A stretch of 64,000 bases of DNA. It comes from Candidatus Woesearchaeota archaeon. GTDB taxonomy: Archaea > Nanobdellota > Nanobdellia > Woesearchaeales > GW2011-AR9. The notes beneath the pieces are model-generated. The model saw only the letters and a list, made by a program, of their open reading frames with translations. It searched no databases and had not been told where the DNA came from. The position numbers were made by a program, and so were the translations under genes. The DNA is taken from positions 106,662 through 170,661 of the forward strand of contig CAMAVK010000002.1 of the NCBI GenBank assembly GCA_945861715.1, given 5' to 3'. This document shows, piece after piece, positions 18,886 to 27,621 of this stretch (position 1 is its first letter; the number at the start of each line of letters is the position of its first letter).

Positions 18886-20901
18886 ATGGCTTCAATGCAA
18901 CAAAAACAATCTGTGCAATCAAAACCGGTTGCGAGACCAGCTGCTAAGCAAGTTGGTAGTATAAACAATAACGTGGGTGCGTCTGCTAGCGCTACACCTG
19001 CTGTTCCTTCAGCGAGCAGTCCATTAAAGTTTGTGGTTATTGCGGTTGTTGCTATTGTTGCAATAGCGTTGTTGCTCTTCTTTGTGAATAAAGGTACAGG
19101 TCATGCGATTAACTTTGGTGATGATGCTGGGATTGCGGCAAATATGGGTGGTGTATTTCTAGCTGATGGCAGTACCATTCCGGTTGATAATGGGGCAGCT
19201 GATCTCTTATTACCGTTGAAAATTAATTTTGAGTCTCGTTCCGTTGCAGTGCAAGTTAATTATCACATTGAAGCATCTGAAGGTGCAATTTTTGAGTGTG
19301 ATTTTGCATTACGTTCTGATTTGCAGGAGAGTGGACTTGTGGTGTTGAATGATCAATTCTGCTCTTTAGGTCAAGATAGTCATGTTGAAATTGCATTTTT
19401 ATGTGCTGATGCAGAGTGCAGTAATGCCTTTTCTGGTGTTGAAGAAATTGGTCAGTTGCGGTTAACACCTGATGCCGATAATACTGAACCTATTTCAGTT
19501 ACTTTTGATAGTATTTCGTATGTTGATTTTGAAGATGTTGAAGATAGGATTGTTGATGTTGCTGTTCAAAATGCTGCGCTTAATTATGCTGGTGAGCCAC
19601 CTGCTTGTCCTCCGACTGATTGTGCGTCTGAAGGTCAGAGTGCGTGTCAAGGTAATTCGGCATGGGGTACTTGTTCAGTGAATGTAAACACAGGTTGTTT
19701 AGAAGTTTCAAATGTTCCTGATGAGAATAGGTGTGGTCTAACTCGACATTGTGAGGTCGGAGCTTGCGTTGATAATCCACCGTTTGTTTGTGTTGCTGCA
19801 GAGGGATGTATTGTTGAAGCTCAGTGTACTTTAGGTGGATTTTACTGGTATGCTGATGTGAATGGTGTTGAGACATGTCATGCTGAAGATGCTCCTCAAT
19901 GTGATAATACCATTGATGCTGATAGTGATGGTGTTGGAGATGCTTGTGACAACTGTCCTGCTCTTGGTAATGGTAATCAGATTGATCTTGATGCTGACAG
20001 TATCGGTGACTCTTGTGATAATGATAAAGATGGCGATACTATTCCTAACAGTGATGAAATTGCAGGATGTGATATTGATAATAGTCCAGAATGTGGTTCA
20101 GATAATACGGATTTTGATAGTGATGGGGTCTTAAATGATGTTGATAACTGTCCAAATCTAACGAATGCAAATCAAGCGGACTCGGATGCTGATAGAGTCG
20201 GCGATGCATGTGACGGTGAAGCGGGACCAAATAGTGATTTTGATGTTGATGGTGTTATTGATACTGGTGATAATTGTCCTCGTGTTGCAAATGCGGATCA
20301 AGCGGATCTGGATGCTGATGGTGTAGGAGATAACTGTGACAATTGCCGCAGTAATTCGAATGCTGATCAGGTGAATGCTGATAGTGATGCACTCGGTGAT
20401 GCTTGTGATGTTTGTTCTCAAGATGACCAGAATGATCGCGATGCCGACGGTATTTGTGGTAATGTAGATAATTGTCCTGCAACTTCTAATCCTCTTCAAG
20501 AAGATGTAGATGCCGATGGTATTGGGGAAGCTTGTAATGGTATTCCTCGAGTAGTTGATAATGAGGTTGTCCAATCAATGGACGGTCTGAAGGTTAAGGT
20601 TGTAGAGGGTGGAAAACAAGGAAGTGTGTTTACTACTTTAGTTATTGCTTTGGAACCTATTGACACCCCTTTTACGGTTTATACTACCTTACTTGATGCA
20701 GATGGAGTTACAATCGTGTTTGAGAGTCGAACTATTCAATCATTGGAACCAGGAAATTCATTTAGGGTACATACTGATGGGGGTGTCCTTGAAGTTGTTA
20801 AAAAAGAAGTCATTGTTAATGATAATCTTGACCCTGCAACATCTCTTGTCCATCTTAACGGTAAGTTTTCAGTGAGTTATGGTAATGTGGGGGTAAATTA
20901 G
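18886..20901 (+). CDS. Membrane-anchored thrombospondin type-3 repeat protein with possible cohesin-like domain
   Basis: N-terminal TM; long run of DNCP..NxxQxDxDxDGxGDACD repeats (about 19900-20540); AGGTGA RBS. Confidence 0.85.
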   Translation: MASMQQKQSVQSKPVARPAAKQVGSINNNVGASASATPAVPSASSPLKFVVIAVVAIVAIALLLFFVNKGTGHAINFGDDAGIAANMGGVFLADGSTIPVDNGAADLLLPLKINFESRSVAVQVNYHIEASEGAIFECDFALRSDLQESGLVVLNDQFCSLGQDSHVEIAFLCADAECSNAFSGVEEIGQLRLTPDADNTEPISVTFDSISYVDFEDVEDRIVDVAVQNAALNYAGEPPACPPTDCASEGQSACQGNSAWGTCSVNVNTGCLEVSNVPDENRCGLTRHCEVGACVDNPPFVCVAAEGCIVEAQCTLGGFYWYADVNGVETCHAEDAPQCDNTIDADSDGVGDACDNCPALGNGNQIDLDADSIGDSCDNDKDGDTIPNSDEIAGCDIDNSPECGSDNTDFDSDGVLNDVDNCPNLTNANQADSDADRVGDACDGEAGPNSDFDVDGVIDTGDNCPRVANADQADLDADGVGDNCDNCRSNSNADQVNADSDALGDACDVCSQDDQNDRDADGICGNVDNCPATSNPLQEDVDADGIGEACNGIPRVVDNEVVQSMDGLKVKVVEGGKQGSVFTTLVIALEPIDTPFTVYTTLLDADGVTIVFESRTIQSLEPGNSFRVHTDGGVLEVVKKEVIVNDNLDPATSLVHLNGKFSVSYGNVGVN

Positions 20902-20902
20902 G

Positions 20903-22036
20903 ATGAGACGACTCATTCTTGCGATTTTCATTTTTGCTTTTTTTTCTTTTAGCGTTGCCGCAGTTGATGTTTCGCTTTCCGCAACTGAATTAGCGCGAGG
21001 ACAGGTTTTGGTTTCTACTGTTACAAGTTGTGCTAATATTGCTACGTTGCAACTTAAGAATCCAGACGGACAATTAGTATATGTTGATCAAGGAAATGCT
21101 GATTGGGAGTCTCGGTATAACACTAATTCCAATGGAGCACGGGGTAAATATTCTTTGAAAGTGCTTTGTCAGGATACAACTTCTACAGAGAAATTCTTTT
21201 GTGTAGAAGCTCCTGGTTGTACTGATGTTGCTATTAATAATGTACCACCTCCTCCTCCAGCTGATGATGGTAATGCTAATGCTGGGTCACCAAGTGGGAA
21301 TAGTGGTGGAGGAGGACGACGTTGTAACCCAAAATGGCAATGTGATAATTATTGGACGCAATGTGATGTTACTTTACAACAAAGTCGAAATTGTTTTGAT
21401 ACCACCAAATGTGCACCGCAGAAATTAGAGAATCGAACTTGTGCGCCATGTCAAGAGTCATGGGCTTGTTCAGCTTGGAGTCCATGTGAGGGTGGCATGG
21501 AGGGTCGAACTTGTTTAGATGATAAGGATTGTGGCACCGCAACGTACAAACCAGTTGAGGAGCGGCCATGTGGCGCTGATATCGGTGGATATGAACCTGA
21601 TCGATATACTTCGCAAGTTCCTCCACCGTCCGCTGCTGCACCAAGCCGACTGCAATATCCTGCAGTGCAAAAAGTGGTTGCACCTGTAGCTAGTGTATCG
21701 TTTTGGGATGAGTGGGGCTTTTTGATCCTTGCTTTGCTTGCGTTGTTGTTGCTTGTGGGTATTATTTTATATCTACTTCATATGAAGAACAATAAACATG
21801 CAGCATATAATTCGGATGAGTTGAAGATTTGGATGCTTAAAGAAAAAGAAGCTGGTTCGTCTGAAGGTGATATTCGTCAGATTTTAATGGAACAAACAGG
21901 TTGGACCAAAGAAGATGTGGATTTGGCGTTTGAAGAGTTGGCCAAATCTCAAACTCCTGCTGGGGTTGTACCTCCGTCGGTTGCATCTGTTGCTCCTGTG
22001 GAGCCGGTTAAGTCTGTTGAGAAAGGGAAGAAGTAG
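20903..22036 (+). CDS. Single-pass membrane protein with two TSP1-like Cys modules and a cytoplasmic helical domain
   Basis: Signal peptide; CxxxWxCxxWxxC..R.C modules; TM 'WGFLILALLALLLLVGIILYLL'; C-terminal 'ELKIWM..G.SEGDIRQILMEQTGWTKEDVDLAF'. Confidence 0.75.
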   Translation: MRRLILAIFIFAFFSFSVAAVDVSLSATELARGQVLVSTVTSCANIATLQLKNPDGQLVYVDQGNADWESRYNTNSNGARGKYSLKVLCQDTTSTEKFFCVEAPGCTDVAINNVPPPPPADDGNANAGSPSGNSGGGGRRCNPKWQCDNYWTQCDVTLQQSRNCFDTTKCAPQKLENRTCAPCQESWACSAWSPCEGGMEGRTCLDDKDCGTATYKPVEERPCGADIGGYEPDRYTSQVPPPSAAAPSRLQYPAVQKVVAPVASVSFWDEWGFLILALLALLLLVGIILYLLHMKNNKHAAYNSDELKIWMLKEKEAGSSEGDIRQILMEQTGWTKEDVDLAFEELAKSQTPAGVVPPSVASVAPVEPVKSVEKGKK

Positions 22037-22049
22037 TTTTTTTGTTTTT

Positions 22050-22586
22050 TTACAATAATTTTTTCATTTCAAATACAAATTCTTTTGCTCGTTCTATGGA
22101 AGTTATTGCTTTAGAACGTTTTGCTTGATTATCCATATTATATTGGAATCTTGATCGTTTTTCTCGTTCTTGATCTAATGATGAGATCAATTCATCTGCA
22201 CGTTGTGAGGTTAACTCTAATGCGTCATTTTTTGCGGATTCATATTCTTCTAACAAACTTGCTTTTAATTTGTTTCGTGCAAGTACTATAATTGCATCCG
22301 CTGTGATTTTGTGGCTAATTTTATCACCCACTTTATAACCTAATTTTAGTAAAATTGCGTTAGATATGTAGTACATGGAGTAATAGGAGGTCACAATTAT
22401 CCATAGTGATGGTTGATAATTTACATTTTCTAAAGTAAGGATTTTTTGAGCGGTTTGTAATGAGAGTTCTGCATTTTCAATATACATTTCTATTGCAGTT
22501 TGATTTGTTTGCTTCTTTAGCATACCCTCTAGTAAATAGGTACGTACGTTTGATTCCGCTTCTTTAATTCGTTTTTCGTCAAGCAT
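22050..22586 (-). CDS. HEPN domain protein (putative toxin)
   Basis: 'WIIVTSYYSMYYISNAIL', 'KISHKIT' and 'EREKRSRFQY' archaeal HEPN pattern; overlaps the MNT gene. Confidence 0.85.
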   Translation of the reverse strand: MLDEKRIKEAESNVRTYLLEGMLKKQTNQTAIEMYIENAELSLQTAQKILTLENVNYQPSLWIIVTSYYSMYYISNAILLKLGYKVGDKISHKITADAIIVLARNKLKASLLEEYESAKNDALELTSQRADELISSLDQEREKRSRFQYNMDNQAKRSKAITSIERAKEFVFEMKKLL

Positions 22587-23154
22587 TTTTCAAGTGGTAA
22601 TATGTCTCAATTCCATATAAAATAATATTATTGTTGAGTACTTCTTGTATGATATTGGATTTTTTTGAGTCTTTCATTCGAATAAATTCTTCTTCAGTGA
22701 CTATCACTGGGTGTATTTTGAGGGGTATTATTGATATGATACTTGTAATTTTGCTTTCAAATAGGGGGTCATTTGAAATGAATAAAATATCAATATCTGA
22801 GGTTCTCGTTTGAGTTCCTTTGACATATGAACCGAATAACACCATTACAAATAAGCTCGTTTTAATTTTAGTGGTTATCTCTTTGTACATTTGGGTGATA
22901 TTTTTGATTTTAAGAATGTTTTCTCTTTGTTCATATTCTGCTTCAATTATTTCGATGGTAATATTCTTCTCATTCATGCTACAAAGAGTGCTTTTCCCTA
23001 TTTTTTTGGTGTATAAAATGTTTTTTTCGATGAGTTTTTGTGTTGCGATATAGGTTATTTTATAGTCTGATCTAATTCTTTTACTTAATTCTCGGATTGT
23101 TCTTGGTTCCTTGTTTTGAATAAATTCCTTAAGTATTTTTATCTCTGTTTTCAT
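22579..23154 (-). CDS. wHTH + minimal nucleotidyltransferase (MNT) antitoxin
   Basis: N-terminal 'TIRELSKRI..DYKITY' HTH and 'LFGSYVKGTQTRTSDIDILFI' NTase motif. Confidence 0.88.
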   Translation of the reverse strand: MKTEIKILKEFIQNKEPRTIRELSKRIRSDYKITYIATQKLIEKNILYTKKIGKSTLCSMNEKNITIEIIEAEYEQRENILKIKNITQMYKEITTKIKTSLFVMVLFGSYVKGTQTRTSDIDILFISNDPLFESKITSIISIIPLKIHPVIVTEEEFIRMKDSKKSNIIQEVLNNNIILYGIETYYHLKNA

Positions 23155-23157
23155 TAT

Positions 23158-23169
23158 GTACTTAAGTAC
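23158..23169. promoter_or_regulatory. Perfect 12-bp palindrome, putative autoregulatory operator of MNT-HEPN
   Basis: GTACTTAAGTAC lies between the minus-strand TATA (about 23181-23188) and the MNT start codon. Confidence 0.5.
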
Positions 23170-23250
23170 TTAATATTATGTATATAAATCTTCCTTTTTG
23201 TTTTGGTGTTTTAATTTGATTTAGTAGGGGAATGAGGGGGCCAAGGATGA

Positions 23251-23330
23251 ATGTGGATTTGGCGTTTGAAGAGTTGGCCAGATCTTAAACTCCTGCTGGA
23301 GTTGGGCCGGTTGAGAAAGGGAAGAAGTAA
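23251..23330 (+). repeat. Degenerate duplicate of the 3' end of gene 20903-22036
   Basis: 23251-23280 is identical to 21915-21944 (30 bp) and 23310-23329 is identical to 22016-22035 (20 bp); the middle is partly deleted. Confidence 0.9.
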
Positions 23331-23560
23331 TTTTTTAACTTAGCTATTTTTTTTGATGGCTAGTATTGTTGGTAACGATGTCGTTTTTACATTGGTATTT
23401 CTTCTTTATGATCAATAAAAAAAGATTGATTTCCATTTAGTATTAATTGCGTTTAACAGAGGTTTTGAGGTGGTTAGAGCTTTCTTTCAAAAAAGTAACA
23501 TTTATATATCTATAATATAGAACATGGTTCTAGAATAATGATTATTAGTAAAAATTAGAG

Positions 23561-25327
23561 GTGATTAATGTGAAGAATAAATGTTTTATGTTTTTGTTAT
23601 TGTCTGTGTTAACGGCGGCATTAGTGTTTGCAGCTATTGATTTGTTTCCTTCTTCAAAGGTAAGTTTGATTAGTCCAAATAGCACATTTAAGAACATTTC
23701 AGGATTAATAACTTTAAATGCGACGATGAACGACTCAAGGTCGAATATTACCAACGTGACGTTTAGATTTATACAAACAAACGCTAGCCTCTATAATGCT
23801 ACCATTTTTAGCGATGCTAATAACGATACTATTTTTGACAATACCTCATTTAATAGTTCACTTGTGCCTGATGGGTTGTATAATATATCACTTATTGCGT
23901 ACAATGCAACGAATAATGATACCGGTGCTTTTTTGCTTAATTCAACCATTATGGGAGTAATAGTAGATAATACAGCTCCAAACGTGACGATGAATACAAC
24001 ATCATTTAACACGACAAATACTATCCCCAATTTTACAATGTTCATGAAGGATACTATTGCTCTCACATCAAACTGTGCTTTGTTATTTAATGGCGTATCT
24101 TATAATACTACCAATATCACCAGTGGTACATCAAATGTTATCAAAGTGAATGCATCTGGATTATCTGATGGAAGTTATTCAGTTATTGCGAGTTGTACTG
24201 ATTGGGCGGGTAATAATGGTAATAGTACAGGCAATACTTCGATAATTAACCTCTCGGTTGATAATGCTGCACCACGTATTACCTCAGCTAGTGTTGGTTC
24301 ACTCACTACTACTGCTGGTACTTTGACTGTTGTTGCTGATGATGCTGTTACTGGAGTTAGTTTATGTAACGTAACTGGTCCAGTTAGTCCAACATCTTTA
24401 ACACGATCGGGAAGTACAACTACCTATACTCTTGGTTTAGCTAGTTTGAATGAAGGAATTACCTATAGTGCAAATGTAAGTTGTAGCGATTTCAATGGAT
24501 TTACCAATTCGACTATAGTAAGCTTTACTACAGCTGTTACTGCTGCTTCTAGCTCATCATCATCATCAAGTGGTGGAAGTGGTGGATCATCAAGTAGTGC
24601 TGTGACTTCAGGAGTTACAGGTCAATTCCAAAAGCAATTTTGGGCAACTGCTGCTGCTGGTGAGAAAAATACTTTAGTGGTTTCAAAAGGCGATATTGGT
24701 GTAACTGAAGTTGCTTTTGAGTTGTCTGTGATGACGTATGGAGTATCTATGCAAGTAAAGAAGGTTGAATCCGCACCTGCAGATGCACCTAAGATTACAT
24801 CGAAAGTCTTTCAACTCGTTGAAATTACCCAAGTTAATGTTGCAAAGTCATTAAGTGGAACAGCTGGTATTACCTTTAAGGTTCCAGTTAGTTGGCTTAC
24901 CACTAATAATGTGGATGCATCAAATGTGGCATTACTTCGATACCATGATGGTAAGTGGGTAGCACTTCCAACTGTTGTAGGTGAAAAATCTGGTGACTTT
25001 GTGTCTTTCACAGCTCAAACACCTGGATTTAGCTTCTTTGCAATTAGTGGGACCCCTGGTGCTGCATCAACACCAGCTCCAGTTGCTCCTGTTGCATCAA
25101 CACCAGCTCCAGTTGCTCCTGTTGCATCAGCACCTGCTCCTGCTGCGCCAGTTGCATCCGCTCCGGCTGCTGAAGTTACATCTACACCTGTGACAAGTGA
25201 TGATAGTTCCAATGGGTTCCCAATGTGGGCTATTGTTATCCTTGTAATTCTTGGTGTGGTTGTGATTGTTGTTATTGTTAAAACAATTCGAGCTAAGCCT
25301 GTACAGAAATCGTGGAATAAGAAGTAA
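23561..25327 (+). CDS. PGF-pre-PGF domain surface glycoprotein (S-layer-like)
   Basis: Signal peptide; dense N-x-S/T sequons; Ig-like VDNTAP/VDNAAP modules; Ser/Gly linker; 'TAQTPGFSFFAISG'; Pro/Ala stalk; C-terminal TM followed by basic residues. Confidence 0.85.
   Translation: MINVKNKCFMFLLLSVLTAALVFAAIDLFPSSKVSLISPNSTFKNISGLITLNATMNDSRSNITNVTFRFIQTNASLYNATIFSDANNDTIFDNTSFNSSLVPDGLYNISLIAYNATNNDTGAFLLNSTIMGVIVDNTAPNVTMNTTSFNTTNTIPNFTMFMKDTIALTSNCALLFNGVSYNTTNITSGTSNVIKVNASGLSDGSYSVIASCTDWAGNNGNSTGNTSIINLSVDNAAPRITSASVGSLTTTAGTLTVVADDAVTGVSLCNVTGPVSPTSLTRSGSTTTYTLGLASLNEGITYSANVSCSDFNGFTNSTIVSFTTAVTAASSSSSSSSGGSGGSSSSAVTSGVTGQFQKQFWATAAAGEKNTLVVSKGDIGVTEVAFELSVMTYGVSMQVKKVESAPADAPKITSKVFQLVEITQVNVAKSLSGTAGITFKVPVSWLTTNNVDASNVALLRYHDGKWVALPTVVGEKSGDFVSFTAQTPGFSFFAISGTPGAASTPAPVAPVASTPAPVAPVASAPAPAAPVASAPAAEVTSTPVTSDDSSNGFPMWAIVILVILGVVVIVVIVKTIRAKPVQKSWNKK
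25064..25140 (+). repeat. 30-bp coding tandem repeat (ASTPAPVAPV)
   Basis: GCATCAACACCAGCTCCAGTTGCTCCTGTT twice, plus a degenerate third copy. Confidence 0.85.
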
Positions 25328-25492
25328 ATTTTTTCTTTTTTTCTTTTTTAATATTTTTTATATTGGTTTTTTATTGAATGAGATTGTTTCTTGAATTTGA
25401 GCTCATTTTTTGGTTTTTGTAATTATTTTTTTTGTCTATCTATTCTGCTGCATCGCAAACTATAAATATAACTTCATTCTTCTTTTTTCTAT

Positions 25493-25903
25493 ATGGCAGC
25501 TGGTCCGATTGGTGTTGGTGTGAAGGCGACGTGTCGCGCGTGCGGCGGTTCCGCTATGGCTGATTCTTTCAAATTGCATTATATCATGAAGATGATGGTT
25601 TGTCCTCCTTGTTTTTCTGGTAAGACACAAAAAGAAAAAGAACAAAAAGATGTTCAAAAGGCGGCTGAGCCCCTTCGTCCCGCTGGGTGGGATAAGGAAG
25701 ATGATTATCTTGAGAAGGCAGCTCGGATGAAAAAAGATAGTGCTCAACCTCAATTTGCTCGTATTGCAGGAACAGATTTTGTTAAACATACTTGTATGTC
25801 TTGTAAATATCAGTTCAAATATGATCCTCAAGCAAAAGTTCCTCGGTCATGTCCGTATTGTAATTATCCAGTTCCGGTGATGAAGGCGTCGTATTTGGTA
25901 TAG
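25493..25903 (+). CDS. Double zinc-ribbon protein
   Basis: CRAC..CPPC and CMSCKYQF..CPYC; TATA about 30 nt upstream. Confidence 0.75.
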   Translation: MAAGPIGVGVKATCRACGGSAMADSFKLHYIMKMMVCPPCFSGKTQKEKEQKDVQKAAEPLRPAGWDKEDDYLEKAARMKKDSAQPQFARIAGTDFVKHTCMSCKYQFKYDPQAKVPRSCPYCNYPVPVMKASYLV

Positions 25904-25973
25904 GTTTCATAATTTCTTGGATTTCTTTTTCCTTTGGTGATTTTTATTAGGTAGAGATTTAGTTTTTGTCAGA

Positions 25974-26435
25974 TTGTTTTTCTCGAAAGGTATAAAAGGC
26001 TATATTGTTGGTGTTGTTCTTGTGAAAACAGCAACATCTTCTTTGTCGGACAAGGATAGTTTTGCGGTGCATCTCTTGTTTTGGTTGCATTTGCCTGTTG
26101 TGATTTTGTATTTCGGGTTGCTTTTTGTTCCTCTTTCTGCGTGGCCTGAGAAAGTGGTATTTCATTTTTGGGTGTTTGTGATAATTGTCGGGGCAGAAGT
26201 TTTATGGGGATTGTATATGCGACGGAATAGTCGCAAGATGGATATTGTATGCCCTCTTACTTCGTGGATGCAATTTCTTCGTGGCTATCGATTATCTGAT
26301 GTGCGTAATTATGGTCACTCGTATATTGCTGAGTTGCTTGGTGTTTTTGGTTTTCGAGTTCGATATAGTGTGGTGAATTACTTTATGATGGGGGCGGGCG
26401 CGATAATTTTAATAGAATATTTGGTATTTGCTTAA
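25974..26435 (+). CDS. Membrane protein (DUF2784-like); start uncertain
   Basis: Three hydrophobic segments and a 'CPLTSWMQFLRG' motif. Confidence 0.5.
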   Translation: MFFSKGIKGYIVGVVLVKTATSSLSDKDSFAVHLLFWLHLPVVILYFGLLFVPLSAWPEKVVFHFWVFVIIVGAEVLWGLYMRRNSRKMDIVCPLTSWMQFLRGYRLSDVRNYGHSYIAELLGVFGFRVRYSVVNYFMMGAGAIILIEYLVFA

Positions 26436-26562
26436 ATGATTTAATTTCGATGTTTTTTCAGAAAAATAGGCTTTATTGTGTGTTTGAGTATCGTGTATTT
26501 GCTCAAGGTGGTATTTGTTTTTTGAAAATTCGGTGGTTTGTTTTTTGATAGTTGAGTAGTTC

Positions 26563-27573
26563 TTATTTTTGAATATGAATAAATTGGTTTAGAATAGGAA
26601 GATATACCCATTGATCATTGTCTTCAAAGTTGGCAATGATCATTGGCATTTCAATTGTTGCATAGGCTTGGATAACCATCTCGCCAATAAGGTCCCTTTT
26701 TGTAATTTCAGTTTGTTCTTTGTCAAATTCCTTTTTGATACTTTCTCTTATTGTTTTGTTTTTTTCTACTAATTCTTGGTGTTTTTTCTTTAATTCTCTA
26801 ATTTTGTCGTCGCAATTTCTTCTCGTGTCAAAGTTTGAAGCGCGTACAGATTTTTCTTTGAGTTCTTCTATTTTGTTAATGATTGCGTCTTCTTTTTGTT
26901 GAAGTTCGGTGTATTTATCAATGCTATTATCTTGGGTAATTGAAGCGAGTTCTGTCACTTTTTCTTGATGTTGTTCTTCGATAACGTCCAGTTCTTTCTT
27001 ACAAGAGGTGGGGATGTTGAGTATGATTTCATTTATTTGAGTTTGGCAGTTGATTGTATCTTTTCCTTGTATTGTGTGGTCTAGGTCAATGTTTTTTGCG
27101 CATGTGGTGATGTTTGTTTGGAGGAGGTTTGACTTTTGGATGTGGAGGATGGGGATGAGTGTTGTTTTTGCACCATTGCTTCCAATGACGGTGAGCTCGG
27201 TGAAGAGATATTGCGCAGTGGTAGAAACAACTTCCAGATGATATTTGATCCCTTTTTTGGGCAGTTCTAAGAGTTTTTCGTTAGCATCGAGAAGTTGATG
27301 TTTCGTTTTAGGGAATATGAGAGAGGTAACTGTTGTTCTGGTTATGTAATTTGCCGTTAGTGTGTGAAGGATGGAGCTGGTAGCGTCGATGAGATGGATT
27401 TTTTTAGATTTTGGGAGATTTTGATCAAATGTGATGTTGAGTTCTTTTTCACCAAACCATTTTTGATGTGCGGCGTTGAGAGTGATTGTGTATATTCTGT
27501 TCTTTTGAGAGTATTTCAACTTATGTTCGGTACAATAGGTGAGTACAAATTGTTCTATTTTTTCGCTATCCAT
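26563..27573 (-). CDS. Hypothetical coiled-coil protein, probable partner of the SNF2 helicase (YqhG-like position)
   Basis: Directly downstream of the helicase; N-terminal 'LNITFD' motif and a long C-terminal coiled coil. Confidence 0.55.
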   Translation of the reverse strand: MDSEKIEQFVLTYCTEHKLKYSQKNRIYTITLNAAHQKWFGEKELNITFDQNLPKSKKIHLIDATSSILHTLTANYITRTTVTSLIFPKTKHQLLDANEKLLELPKKGIKYHLEVVSTTAQYLFTELTVIGSNGAKTTLIPILHIQKSNLLQTNITTCAKNIDLDHTIQGKDTINCQTQINEIILNIPTSCKKELDVIEEQHQEKVTELASITQDNSIDKYTELQQKEDAIINKIEELKEKSVRASNFDTRRNCDDKIRELKKKHQELVEKNKTIRESIKKEFDKEQTEITKRDLIGEMVIQAYATIEMPMIIANFEDNDQWVYLPILNQFIHIQK

Positions 27574-27621
27574 ATTGGTTTACATCCGTGGTGTTAATTG
27601 GTGATGATTATTTTTTTATTT

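Noticed and set aside
7156-21683. Many 60-140 aa alternative-frame and antisense ORFs inside the large genes (and similar ones across the window)
   Set aside because: They are shadows of biased codon usage (L/M/V-rich or H/Q/N-rich) with no motifs.
6951-22036. True cellulosome or polysaccharide-degrading complex
   Set aside because: No glycoside hydrolase, CBM or other catalytic motifs were recognised in any of the eight proteins.
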